Source: Alphaproteobacteria bacterium (GTDB lineage: Bacteria; Pseudomonadota; Alphaproteobacteria; JAAXGF01). From it: a stretch of DNA of 64,000 bases. The notes beneath the pieces were generated by a model that was given only the letters and a program-made list of their open reading frames with translations, was not told the origin of the DNA and searched no databases. Shown piece after piece: positions 10,065-19,178 of the stretch. The stretch is taken from NCBI GenBank assembly GCA_963555825.3, contig CAUVXB020000002.1, positions 2,944,001 to 3,008,000 of the forward strand, read 5' to 3'. The position numbers and the translations under genes were made by a program. Position 1 is the stretch's first letter. Each line of letters begins with the position of its first letter.

Positions 10065-10314
10065 GGTGTTCTTCCCCGCGCGCGCCCTCGTGAATAGATC
10101 GTCCGGCCGCGCCATGGTGGTGTCGCCCGGCGGGCCTGTCAACGTTGCGCAGGCGACCAAAACTCCGATTCCGGGTCTACCATTGGCCGGGCGAACCGAT
10201 TAGAGTGGGGCCGAAGTCGTGCCGCCCGATCCGGGCGGCGGGCGGGGCGGCGCAAATCGCGCCCCGTCCAGACAAAAAAATTCCGTGGCTCACGCTGCCA
10301 TTGAGGGGAACAGG

Positions 10315-10788
10315 ATGCACAAGTCGCTGCTCATCGATCCGGATCTCTGTACCAGCTGTCTGCAATGCGAAATGGCCTGCTCGTTCGAGCACGAGGGCTC
10401 GTTCAATCCGGCCAAGTCGCGCATCAAGGTGTTCGAGTTCGAGCACGGCCGGCGCGCGATTCCGTACACCTGCACGCAATGCGCCGAGGCCTGGTGCATG
10501 CACGCCTGCCCGGTCGAGGCGATCACCAAGAACGCGGCAACCGGCGCCATGGAAGTGGCCGACGACGTCTGCGTCGGCTGCAAGGTGTGCACCATCGCCT
10601 GCCCGTTCGGCACGGTGAACTACAACGCCGATACCGGCAAGGTCATCAAATGCGACCTGTGCGGCGGCGACCCGGAATGCGCCAAGGCCTGCCCGACCGC
10701 CGCGATCGTCTATGTCGACGCCGACTGGACCGGTTATGACCGCATGAAGGCCTGGGCGGTCAAGACCGACACCCAGCCGCGCGCTTAA
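10315..10788 (+). CDS. aorA: 4x[4Fe-4S] electron-transfer subunit of aldehyde oxidoreductase
   Basis: CTSCLQCEMAC, CTQC...CMHACP, CVGCKVCTIACP, KCDLCGGDPECAKACP; directly upstream of AOR. Confidence 0.88.
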   Translation: MHKSLLIDPDLCTSCLQCEMACSFEHEGSFNPAKSRIKVFEFEHGRRAIPYTCTQCAEAWCMHACPVEAITKNAATGAMEVADDVCVGCKVCTIACPFGTVNYNADTGKVIKCDLCGGDPECAKACPTAAIVYVDADWTGYDRMKAWAVKTDTQPRA

Positions 10789-10807
10789 GTCACCAGGAGA
10801 TACCCCG

Positions 10808-12628
10808 ATGGGATGGCAACGAAAAATCCTCCGTGTCGATCTGACCAAGGGCACCGCCGAGGCCGAACCGCTCAACATGGAATGGGCGCAGAAATACCTC
10901 GGCGAGCGTGGCCTGGCGACCAAGTATCTGATGGAAAACATGGACCCGAAGGTCGACGCGATGAGCCCGGAAAACGTGCTCATCTTCGCGACCGGTCCCC
11001 TGACCGGCACCATGGCCTCGACCAGCGGGCGCTACGCCGTGGTCACCAAGGGGCCGCTGACCGGCGCGATCGCGTGTTCGAACTCGGGCGGCAAGTTCGG
11101 CGCCGAGCTCAAATTCGCCGGCTATGACATGATGATCGTCGAGGGCAAGGCGGCCGAACCGGTCTACCTGCACATCGTCGATGACAAGGTCGATATCCTG
11201 CCGGCTGGCGACCTCTGGGGCACGACCGTGTGGCACACCGAGGAAACGCTCAAGGCGCGCCACCAGAACCCGCGGCTCAAGGTCGCCTCGATCGGTGTCG
11301 CCGGCGAGCGCGGCGTGCGTTACGCCTGCATCATCAACGACCTGCACCGCGCCGCCGGTCGGTCGGGCGTCGGCGCCGTGATGGGCTCGAAGAACCTCAA
11401 GGCGGTCGCCGTGTACGGCACCGTCGGCGTCACCGTCGACGACCCCGTGCGCTTCATGGAGATCGTGCGCGAGACCCACCAGCAGCTCGCCGAGAGCGAC
11501 GGCCGCAAGGAGCTCACCGAGCTCGGCACCAACTCGATGATCGACATGATGCAGGAGTTCGGCGGCCTGCCGACGCGCAACTTCAACGAGGTCCAGTTCG
11601 ACGGCACCGGCAACATCAACCCGGCGGCGATGGAGCGCGCCAACGCGCGCGGCCACGTCAACCTGATCACCAACAAGGCATGCTTCGGTTGCACCATCGC
11701 CTGCGGGCGCATCGCCCATATCGACAAGGACCACTTCACGATCGTCAACCGGCCCGAGTACCGCCACGCCTCGGGCGGGCTCGAGTACGAGACGGCCTAT
11801 GCCTTCGGCCCGGTGGTCTGCGTCGACGACATCGACGCGCTGACCTTCGCCGGCTACCTGATGAACGAGCACGGCATGGACCCGATCTCGTTCGGCGCGA
11901 CGCTGGCCGCCGCCATGGAGCTCTTCGAAATGGGTGTTATCACGACCGACGACACCGACGGCATCCCGCTCAACTTCGGCAACGCCGAGGCGCTCACCGT
12001 GATGGCCGAGAAGACCGGCAAATACGAGGGCTTCGGCCAGATCCTCGGCCTCGGCTCGAAGCGCATGTGCGAGAAGTACGGCCATCCGGAACTCTCGATG
12101 AGCGTCAAGGGCCAGGAGTTCGCCGGCTATGACAGTCGGGCGCTGCAGGGCATGGGGCTCGGCTACGCGACCTCGAACCGCGGCGCCTGCCACCTCAAGC
12201 ACGACACCTTCGGCCCCGACATGGAGGACCAGACCGGCGCCGGCAAGGCGCAGCCGTGCAAGGACTCGCAGGACGAGGTCGCCTTCCTCGACTCGACCGG
12301 GCTGTGCCTGTTCGCGGCGGGCACCTGGGGCATCGAGGGCTATCAGAAGCAGATCGACGCCGCCTGCGAGGGCGACTGGTCGGTCGAGCGCGTGCGCGAG
12401 ACCGGCGAGCGCGTCTGGAACCTCGAACGCCAGTTCAACCTGGCCGCCGGGCTGACCGCCGCCGACGACACGCTGCCCAAGCGCCTGCTCGAGGTGCCGG
12501 TTCCGTCGGGCACGGCCAAGGGCAAGGTCAACGAGCTGGGCAAGATGCTGCCCGAGTACTACGAGGCGCGCGGCTGGACGCCCGAGGGCGTGCCGACCAG
12601 CGAGACGCTCGCGCGGCTCGACCTTTAG
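10808..12628 (+). CDS. aorB: Tungsten-containing aldehyde oxidoreductase, catalytic subunit
   Basis: KILRVDL, SNSGGKFG, RAAGRSGVGAVMGSKNLKAV, CFGCTIAC, EYET, GMDPIS, RGACH, DSTGLC. Confidence 0.95.
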   Translation: MGWQRKILRVDLTKGTAEAEPLNMEWAQKYLGERGLATKYLMENMDPKVDAMSPENVLIFATGPLTGTMASTSGRYAVVTKGPLTGAIACSNSGGKFGAELKFAGYDMMIVEGKAAEPVYLHIVDDKVDILPAGDLWGTTVWHTEETLKARHQNPRLKVASIGVAGERGVRYACIINDLHRAAGRSGVGAVMGSKNLKAVAVYGTVGVTVDDPVRFMEIVRETHQQLAESDGRKELTELGTNSMIDMMQEFGGLPTRNFNEVQFDGTGNINPAAMERANARGHVNLITNKACFGCTIACGRIAHIDKDHFTIVNRPEYRHASGGLEYETAYAFGPVVCVDDIDALTFAGYLMNEHGMDPISFGATLAAAMELFEMGVITTDDTDGIPLNFGNAEALTVMAEKTGKYEGFGQILGLGSKRMCEKYGHPELSMSVKGQEFAGYDSRALQGMGLGYATSNRGACHLKHDTFGPDMEDQTGAGKAQPCKDSQDEVAFLDSTGLCLFAAGTWGIEGYQKQIDAACEGDWSVERVRETGERVWNLERQFNLAAGLTAADDTLPKRLLEVPVPSGTAKGKVNELGKMLPEYYEARGWTPEGVPTSETLARLDL

Positions 12629-12682
12629 AACGCGGGTTGGCGCGTCTGGCGCCCGCCCGACAACGCTTGGCGAGGACAGGTC

Positions 12683-13927
12683 ATGGACTATGTCATCATC
12701 GGCGCCGGCCCGGCCGGCGTGGTCGCGGCGGAAGCGCTGCGCAAGACCGATCCCGGCGGCTCGGTGACGATCATTGGCGGCGAGGCGGAACCGCCCTATT
12801 CGCGCATGGCGATCCCCTATCTGCTGGCCGAGAGCGTCGGCGAGGAAGGCACGCACCTGCGCCACGGCGACGGCCATTACGACGCCGGCGGCATCACCCT
12901 GCGCCAGGGCCAGGTAGCGTCGATTTCGCCGGGCGACAAGACGGTCAAACTCGACGGCGGCGACAGCGTCGCTTTCGACAAGCTGCTGATCGCGACCGGC
13001 GCGCGCCCGGTCAAGCCGCCGATCGACGGCATGGACCTTCCGGGCATCGAGAACTGTTGGACGCTCGAGGATTCGCGGCGCATCGCGGCGGGCACCGAGG
13101 CGGGCTCGCGCGTCGTCCTGATGGGCGCCGGCTTCATCGGCTGCATCATCCTCGAGGCGCTGGTCGAGCGCGGCGTCGAGCTGACCGTCGTCGAGATGGA
13201 AGACCGTATGCTGCCGCGCATGATGGATGAGACCGGCGGCGGCATGATCGAGCGCTGGGTCGAGAGCAAGGGCGTCAAGGTGCTGTGCGGCACGCGCGTC
13301 GAGAAGATCGAGGCGGCCGACGGCGGCCTGCGTCTCTCGCTCTCGGGCGGTGACGCGATCGACGCCGCGTTCGTCGTCTGCGCCACCGGCGTCAAACCGA
13401 ACCTCGATTTCCTCGCGGGCTCGGGCATCGAGACCGATGACGGCATCCTGGTCGACGAGCACTTGGAGACCAGCGTGCCCGGCATCTATGCGGCCGGCGA
13501 CGTCGCCCAGGGGCCCGATTTCTCGACCGGCGGCCGCGAGGTCCACGCGATCCAGCCGACCGCCTCCGAGCACGGCCGCGTCGCCGCCTGGAACATGACC
13601 GGGCGCGCCTCGCACTATCGCGGCTCGCTGTCGATGAACGTCCTCAACACGCTCGGCCTGATCTCGAGCTCGTTCGGCCTGTGGCAGGGCGTCGACGGCG
13701 GCGATCGCGCGGTCGCGGTCGACCAGGACCGGTTCCAGTACCTGCGCCTCGAGTTCGACGGCGACCTGCTGGTCGGCTCGCTGGCACTGGGGCTGACCCA
13801 GCACGTCGGTGTCCTGCGCGGGCTGATCCAGACCAAGATCGCCCTCGGGCCGTGGAAGGAACGGCTGATGGCCGATCCGCATCTGGTGATGGACGCCTAC
13901 CTCGATCGCACCAAGGGCGTCGCCTGA
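12683..13927 (+). CDS. aorC: FAD/NAD-dependent oxidoreductase subunit of the AOR complex
   Basis: GAGPAG, PPYSR, LLIATG, GAGFIG, IYAAGDVA; operonic with aorAB. Confidence 0.85.
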   Translation: MDYVIIGAGPAGVVAAEALRKTDPGGSVTIIGGEAEPPYSRMAIPYLLAESVGEEGTHLRHGDGHYDAGGITLRQGQVASISPGDKTVKLDGGDSVAFDKLLIATGARPVKPPIDGMDLPGIENCWTLEDSRRIAAGTEAGSRVVLMGAGFIGCIILEALVERGVELTVVEMEDRMLPRMMDETGGGMIERWVESKGVKVLCGTRVEKIEAADGGLRLSLSGGDAIDAAFVVCATGVKPNLDFLAGSGIETDDGILVDEHLETSVPGIYAAGDVAQGPDFSTGGREVHAIQPTASEHGRVAAWNMTGRASHYRGSLSMNVLNTLGLISSSFGLWQGVDGGDRAVAVDQDRFQYLRLEFDGDLLVGSLALGLTQHVGVLRGLIQTKIALGPWKERLMADPHLVMDAYLDRTKGVA

Positions 13928-13944
13928 CCGGCGACGCGCGGCGC

Positions 13945-14196
13945 ATGAAAATCCACGTCAGGACCGCGGGCCTCTTGGGCAAGTACCTGCCGCCCGGCAA
14001 CGCCGGCAACGCCGCCGACATCGAGGTCGCCGACGGCGCCACGCCGACCGACGTCATCGCCCAGCTCGGCATGCCGACGGACGTGTCCTATCTGGTGACG
14101 CTCAATGGTGAATCTCTGCCGCGCGCCGAACGCGCGGTCCGCGCGCTGGCCGCCAACGACGACCTCGCCATCATGCCGCCGCTCAAGGGCGGCTGA
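13945..14196 (+). CDS. MoaD/ThiS family sulfur carrier
   Basis: 83 aa, ends AIMPPLKGG. Confidence 0.88.
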   Translation: MKIHVRTAGLLGKYLPPGNAGNAADIEVADGATPTDVIAQLGMPTDVSYLVTLNGESLPRAERAVRALAANDDLAIMPPLKGG

Positions 14197-14239
14197 CCGG
14201 GGTCGCCCGCCCGCCGCCGCCCGCCTCCCAACCTCTTCT

Positions 14240-14332
14240 TTAAACGTAAGCAGTATACATTTAACACGCGTCGCGGCGGACGCGAGGCTTGGATCAGAGG
14301 TTTCGCAGTAAATGTATACTGCTTAAATTTAA
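14240..14332. repeat. AT-rich inverted repeat (17-bp perfect core)
   Basis: TAAGCAGTATACATTTA (14247-14263) and TAAATGTATACTGCTTA (14309-14325); extends to about 24 bp with 2 mismatches. Confidence 0.8.
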
Positions 14333-14382
14333 TGGTTGGCTGGGGGGGGTGACGCGGCGGTCGGGCGTCGACCGGTTCCGTG

Positions 14383-14745
14383 TCAGCCGCCCATCGGGCG
14401 CGAGCGGCGGTCGTATTCGTCGATGACGCGTTTCAGCGTGGCGATCAGCCGCTTGTCGCGTTCCTGCTCCATGTCGAACTCGACGCCGATGCCGCCTGGA
14501 TAGAGGCGCACGATCTTGGTCCTGAGCATGCCGATGCGGTCGAGATAGAGATCGATCTTGGTGCCCTTGGGCGGCTGGATTTCGAGCCGCATGTCGAGGA
14601 CGATACCCGCGCCACCGACCGACAGGCTCTCGATCCTGCCCTTGTACTGCTTGCCGTTGTATGTCGTACGGCACGGCTCGAAAACGCGGTACCGCTTGTA
14701 CTTGCGCCGTTCTATGCCGTCGGGCCCGATTTCCTGATCGGTCAT
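14383..14745 (-). CDS. PilZ domain (c-di-GMP-binding) protein
   Basis: ERRKYKR (RxxxR) and SLSVGGAG (variant of D/NxSxxG), C-terminal IGVEF. Confidence 0.8.
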   Translation of the reverse strand: MTDQEIGPDGIERRKYKRYRVFEPCRTTYNGKQYKGRIESLSVGGAGIVLDMRLEIQPPKGTKIDLYLDRIGMLRTKIVRLYPGGIGVEFDMEQERDKRLIATLKRVIDEYDRRSRPMGG

Positions 14746-14850
14746 GCCCCAACCACCCTCGTCAAATTTCGCCGTTCTACGCCCCACGCGCGGCGGCGAT
14801 CGTAACACGTTCCGAAGCAGGCGGCGATGTCGGCGCCCCGATACCTAGGA

Positions 14851-15120
14851 TCAGCCGTCGTGGCCCCGCTTGGTCGCCTTGAAGTCGATCGAGCGCCCGG
14901 CGTGGCTCTCGGCGTCAACCGCGTAGTGCTTGCGAATCTCGACATTGCGCATGATAACCTCGAGGCAGGTGACGTCGGTCGCGTCGGGCGTCAGCGGCTC
15001 GGCGTATTTGTCCTTGAGGTCGGCGAGCGTCTCGGTCTCGTTGGGCATCAGCGCCGCGCCGGCCGCCTCGACCCGGTCGATCAGATGCTTCAACTCGACG
15101 TAGCCCGCCATATCGAACAT
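14851..15120 (-). CDS. Hypothetical protein
   Basis: 89-aa ORF, host-like codon usage, RBS-like AGAGG. Confidence 0.65.
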   Translation of the reverse strand: MFDMAGYVELKHLIDRVEAAGAALMPNETETLADLKDKYAEPLTPDATDVTCLEVIMRNVEIRKHYAVDAESHAGRSIDFKATKRGHDG

Positions 15121-15176
15121 CGCGCCGTTCCTCTGTCCGTTTTCTCGTCGAGCTTAGCGTTTGGCGCGCCGGGCGG

Positions 15177-15944
15177 CTAGCCACCGCGCGCCGCCAGGTA
15201 GTCGTCGAAGATTTCGAGCAGCCCGGGCACGTCGGGGTCGAGGCGCTTCCAGAGCGCCATCTCGTCCGGCGTCTCGGCCGCCATGTAGCGCTTGAAGCCG
15301 GCACACCAGCGCCATTCGAGCTGCTGACGAAAAACGACCATGTTCGCGGTGTGCTTGTCGGCATCGAAGTCCTGGAAGGCTTGTTCCGTGTACAGGTTTG
15401 CCTCGCATTCGCGGTCGGTCTCGTCCATCGCGTACAAACGTCCTTCGAGGTATTGCGTGCCGTGGCCGACCAGTTCATGGGCGATCCCGGCGGCGATCTC
15501 CTCGTGCGAACGTTTGATCAGATAACGCCCGATGATGACCGGGAAGCGACGTTGTGCCGCGCTGTCCGCGTCGCCAAACAGATTGGGGTTGAAGGACGCC
15601 AAGACGACGCCGGTGAAATTGCTCGCGACCTTCGGCGGATGGGCCGGGTCGAAGACGATGGCCACTTCGCCGTGGCGGGCGAGTTTCGCGATGGCGGCGG
15701 CGCTAAACGGCGAGGCTTCGTAGAGCGCGTCGAGCGCGGCGCCGAGCTGTGCGATGGCGGCGGAGTCGTCGGGTACCGCGATGTCGAATTCGGCGCCGGC
15801 CTGCGGCGCGATTGCCATCAGCGTCGCATCGCGATGTCGCTCGCGCGTCGTGATTTCGCCGCCGACACCAGCCGTCGCCCACAGACCGCCGATCGCGGCG
15901 AGCAGGGCGATCGCCGCATGTCGCGCCACTGTCGAGCGTGTCAT
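15177..15944 (-). CDS. Secreted putative zinc metallopeptidase (HExxGH)
   Basis: Signal peptide; IAHELVGHG followed by DRECEA. Confidence 0.6.
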   Translation of the reverse strand: MTRSTVARHAAIALLAAIGGLWATAGVGGEITTRERHRDATLMAIAPQAGAEFDIAVPDDSAAIAQLGAALDALYEASPFSAAAIAKLARHGEVAIVFDPAHPPKVASNFTGVVLASFNPNLFGDADSAAQRRFPVIIGRYLIKRSHEEIAAGIAHELVGHGTQYLEGRLYAMDETDRECEANLYTEQAFQDFDADKHTANMVVFRQQLEWRWCAGFKRYMAAETPDEMALWKRLDPDVPGLLEIFDDYLAARGG

Positions 15945-16223
15945 CGAGATGTCTGTCGCCGCCACCATACCGGGCGGCACGGTAGCACGGCGATGACGGC
16001 TCGTCGCTATGCGCGCCCAGCTAGCCGGGCGCCGAGACATCGTCGGCGAACAGCGCTTAGAGCCTCGGGGCATCGGGATCTCGACGCTACGAGCGACACA
16101 ATGCTCGCGTAACGGTCCGTCGGCCGGGTCTCGGCGCCATGTGGCGCGCTTGTACCGGCGGGCTTTAGCCGTCATGTTGGCGCGGCGCGGGTTTAAACGG
16201 GACGAGACGAAAGGACACGATAG

Positions 16224-17870
16224 ATGGCGCGGATGACGGGTGGCCAGGCGCTGGTCAAATCACTTCGGAACAACGGGATCGACACCATATTCGGGCTGCC
16301 CGGCGTGCAGATGGACGCTACGTTCAACGCGCTCTATGACGAGGGCAACGCGATCCGCGTGATCCATTCGCGTCACGAACAGGGCGCCGCCTACATGGCG
16401 TTCGGCTACGCCCATGCGACGGGCCGCGTCGGCGCCTACGCCGTGGTTCCCGGACCGGGGCTGTTGAACACCACCGCGGCGCTCGCCACGGCCTATGGCT
16501 GCAACACGCCCGTGCTCGCCGTAGCCGGCCAAATCCCGTCGACCACCAAGGGCCGTGGCCTCGGCCAGCTGCACGAAATTCCCGACCAACTGGCGCTGAT
16601 CCGCGGCCTGACCAAATCGGCCGAATCGATCGACCATCCGTCGGACGCGCCGCGCGCGGTCAACGAGGCGTTTCGCCAACTCGCCAGCGGCCGGCCGCGC
16701 CCGGTCGAGGTCGAGATGCCGTGGGACGTCATGGCGTCGGAGGCCGAGGTCGATCTGCTCGACCCGGTCGCGGCGACGCCGCCGCCGCCGCTCGACGGCG
16801 AGGGCATCGAGCAGGCGGCCCGGCTGCTCGGCGCCGCCAAGAACCCGATGATCTTCGTCGGCTCGGGCGCCCTCGGCGCGGCCGAGGAGGTGCGCGAGCT
16901 GGGCGAGATGTTGCAGGCGCCGGTCGCATCGAACCGCCAGGGCAGGGGGCTGCTGTCGGATCACCATTACCTGGCGCTCAGCCACCTGATGGCGCGCTCG
17001 CTGTGGCCGGCGGCCGACGTCGTGCTCGCCGTCGGCACGCGGATGCAGCCGCAGCGCATGGTCTGGGGTATCGACGACGACCTCGCCGTCGTCCATATCG
17101 ACATCGACCCGACCGAGATCAACCGGGTGTCGAAGCCAGCCGTCGGCATCGTCGCCGACGCCAAGCAGGCGCTCGGCGCGCTGATCGCCGCGCTCGCCAA
17201 GCACAACAGCGCCCGGCCATCGCGCGAGGCCGAGCTGAGCGCGCTCAAGAGCGGCATCATCGCCGAGTTGCACGAGCGTCTCGGCCCCCAGATGGGTTTC
17301 ATCGACGTGCTGCGCGGCGCATTGCCCGAAGACGGCATCCTGGTCGACGAGCTGACCCAGGTCGGCTATGTCGCGCGCGTCGGCTATCCGGTCTACCGGC
17401 CGCGCTGCTTCCTGACCTCGGGCTATCAGGGCACGCTCGGCTTCGGCTACGCCACGGCGCTCGGCGTCAAGGTCGCGCTGCCCGATCGCAAGGTGTTGTC
17501 GATCAACGGCGACGGCGGCTTCATGTACAACGTGCAGGAGCTGTCGACCGCGGTGAAGCACAACATCGACGTCGTCGCCGTGGTCTTCGCCGACGGCGCC
17601 TTCGGCAACGTGCAACGAATGCAGAAGGAGCTGTGGGGCGGCCGCGTCATCGCGACGGATTTCGCCAACCCCGACTTCGTGGCGCTCGCCGAGAGTTTCG
17701 GCGTCGGCGCGCACAAGGCGACGACGCCAGCCGAGCTCTCGGCGGCGCTCGATGCCGCCTTCGCCGAGCGGGGCCCGAGCCTGATCCACGTGCCGGTCGG
17801 TGAAATGCCTGATCCGTGGAGCTGGCTGGTCGGCGGCGCGGTGCGCGGCAAGGCCGAACTGAAACGCTGA
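16224..17870 (+). CDS. Thiamine diphosphate-dependent enzyme (acetolactate synthase-like)
   Basis: IFGLPG, RHEQGA, PGPGLLN, GDGGFMYNVQEL. Confidence 0.92.
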   Translation: MARMTGGQALVKSLRNNGIDTIFGLPGVQMDATFNALYDEGNAIRVIHSRHEQGAAYMAFGYAHATGRVGAYAVVPGPGLLNTTAALATAYGCNTPVLAVAGQIPSTTKGRGLGQLHEIPDQLALIRGLTKSAESIDHPSDAPRAVNEAFRQLASGRPRPVEVEMPWDVMASEAEVDLLDPVAATPPPPLDGEGIEQAARLLGAAKNPMIFVGSGALGAAEEVRELGEMLQAPVASNRQGRGLLSDHHYLALSHLMARSLWPAADVVLAVGTRMQPQRMVWGIDDDLAVVHIDIDPTEINRVSKPAVGIVADAKQALGALIAALAKHNSARPSREAELSALKSGIIAELHERLGPQMGFIDVLRGALPEDGILVDELTQVGYVARVGYPVYRPRCFLTSGYQGTLGFGYATALGVKVALPDRKVLSINGDGGFMYNVQELSTAVKHNIDVVAVVFADGAFGNVQRMQKELWGGRVIATDFANPDFVALAESFGVGAHKATTPAELSAALDAAFAERGPSLIHVPVGEMPDPWSWLVGGAVRGKAELKR

Positions 17871-17932
17871 TCGGGGCGTCGAGGGCGGCTGGCGGGCAAG
17901 AACGAACCGATTCCAACCCGTCAAAATTTGAG

Positions 17933-18110
17933 TTATCGCATAGCCCGATCGATTGGGATCGATCTGGTCATGCCAGCGCGCGCCAGTCTTATTGGGATAA
18001 GAAGAGGGGCGCCGCCGACCGTTCGTCCACTCTTGGTTCGATAAGATTGGCGTACGCGGCGATTGAGCGCAGGTCATCCTTGCAAGGCAAGGACGACCGT
18101 ATAAAAACTA
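17933..18110. repeat. Modular palindromic repeat, copy 1
   Basis: Shares GCCGCCGACCGTTCG and CGCGGCGATTGAGCGCAGGTCATC with 43827-43965, and in reverse with 18958-19171 and 51066-51231. Ends approximate. Confidence 0.85.
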
Positions 18111-18905
18111 CCCGCCGTGGGCCTGGCGCCAAGCCTCGGCAAGCTCGATGGCCTGGGCGCGCTGATCGGGCATCAGGATCTTGACGACGAAGTCGAGCCC
18201 GATCTTGGCCCGTTCGTTCTCCTGGGTGGTCGCCAAGGAGAACCACATATACGCCAACATTACGTCCTTTTCGACGCCTTCGCCCCACAAAAAGGCGTCG
18301 CCCAAGGCACGCTGTGCGGCGGCGTGGTTCTGCTCGGCGGCGGGCCGCCACCACTTTACCGCGTGCATCTTGTCGAACTCGGTCCCGCGGCCGTATTCGT
18401 AGGCGACGCCGAGGTAGTATTGCGCGTCGGCGACGCCCTGGTCGGCGGCCTTGCGCCACCATTTCACCGCCTCGACATAGTTACGCTCGACGCCGCGTCC
18501 CGTGCCGTACGCCTTTCCCAACTCGCTCTGCGCCAGGGCATAGCCCTGCTCGGCGGCCCGCCGATACCACAGGACCGCCTCTCTGTGATCCTGCACGACG
18601 CCGCGGGGGGAGTCGTACATGTTGCCGAGATTGAGTTGGGCGGCCGGCGAGCCGAAGGCCCCCGCGATGCTGAACCATTTGATCGCCTGATCGTAGTTCG
18701 CCGCCACGCCCAAGCCGTCGCGGTAGATCACGCCGATGAGCCTTTGAGCCTCGGTATCGTCGCCATCCGCCAGGGGAAACAACTCGCGGTACGCCGCCGC
18801 GTAGTCGCCGCTCTCCATGGCCGCCAAGCCCGCCGCGACGTCGGCATGAGCCGGCGGCGCCAGCAGGCACGGCAACAGAGCGGCAACGTAAGCGAAATAT
18901 CTCAT
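18108..18905 (-). CDS. Secreted Sel1-repeat protein
   Basis: Signal peptide; repeated AQLNLGNMY...WYRRAAEQG, AQYYLGVAY...GRG units. Confidence 0.92.
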   Translation of the reverse strand: MRYFAYVAALLPCLLAPPAHADVAAGLAAMESGDYAAAYRELFPLADGDDTEAQRLIGVIYRDGLGVAANYDQAIKWFSIAGAFGSPAAQLNLGNMYDSPRGVVQDHREAVLWYRRAAEQGYALAQSELGKAYGTGRGVERNYVEAVKWWRKAADQGVADAQYYLGVAYEYGRGTEFDKMHAVKWWRPAAEQNHAAAQRALGDAFLWGEGVEKDVMLAYMWFSLATTQENERAKIGLDFVVKILMPDQRAQAIELAEAWRQAHGG

Positions 18906-18957
18906 GGGCGTTGTCCGCCGCCAGAATAACGCAACTATACGCCCGATGCGAGACGTC

Positions 18958-19171
18958 CTAGAGCATAATCCGGTCATCTTTACGTTGTAAAGATGACTTG
19001 TGCTCAATCGCCGCGCTCGCCAGTCTTATGGAATCAAGCCGATTTTATAGGATCAAGCCGTTCTTATGGGATCAAGGGTGGCCGAACCGTCGGCGGCGCC
19101 CCTCTTGTTGGGATGAAGATGGGCGCGCTGGCAAAATCCGATCGATTAGAATCGATCGAATTCTGCGCCAG
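18958..19171. repeat. Modular palindromic repeat, copy 2 (inverted relative to copy 1)
   Basis: CTAGAGCAT start, GGTCATCTTTAC-GTT-GTAAAGATGAC hairpin, GCTCAATCGCCGCG core, three 19-bp tandem units at 19019-19075. Confidence 0.88.
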
Positions 19172-19178
19172 CGTTGTT

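Noticed and set aside
10790-13882. 1030-aa antisense ORF and similar long ORFs (e.g. 40566-43766, 62254-63960)
   Set aside because: Shadow frames opposite well-supported genes in high-GC DNA, with no motifs.
14299-14330. Resemblance to a dif (XerCD) site (TGTATA core, TTAAAT)
   Set aside because: Arms do not align in register with the 11-6-11 dif consensus; kept only as an unexplained inverted repeat.
19019-19075. Possible mini CRISPR array
   Set aside because: Units are directly tandem with no spacers, are degenerate, and no cas genes are present.
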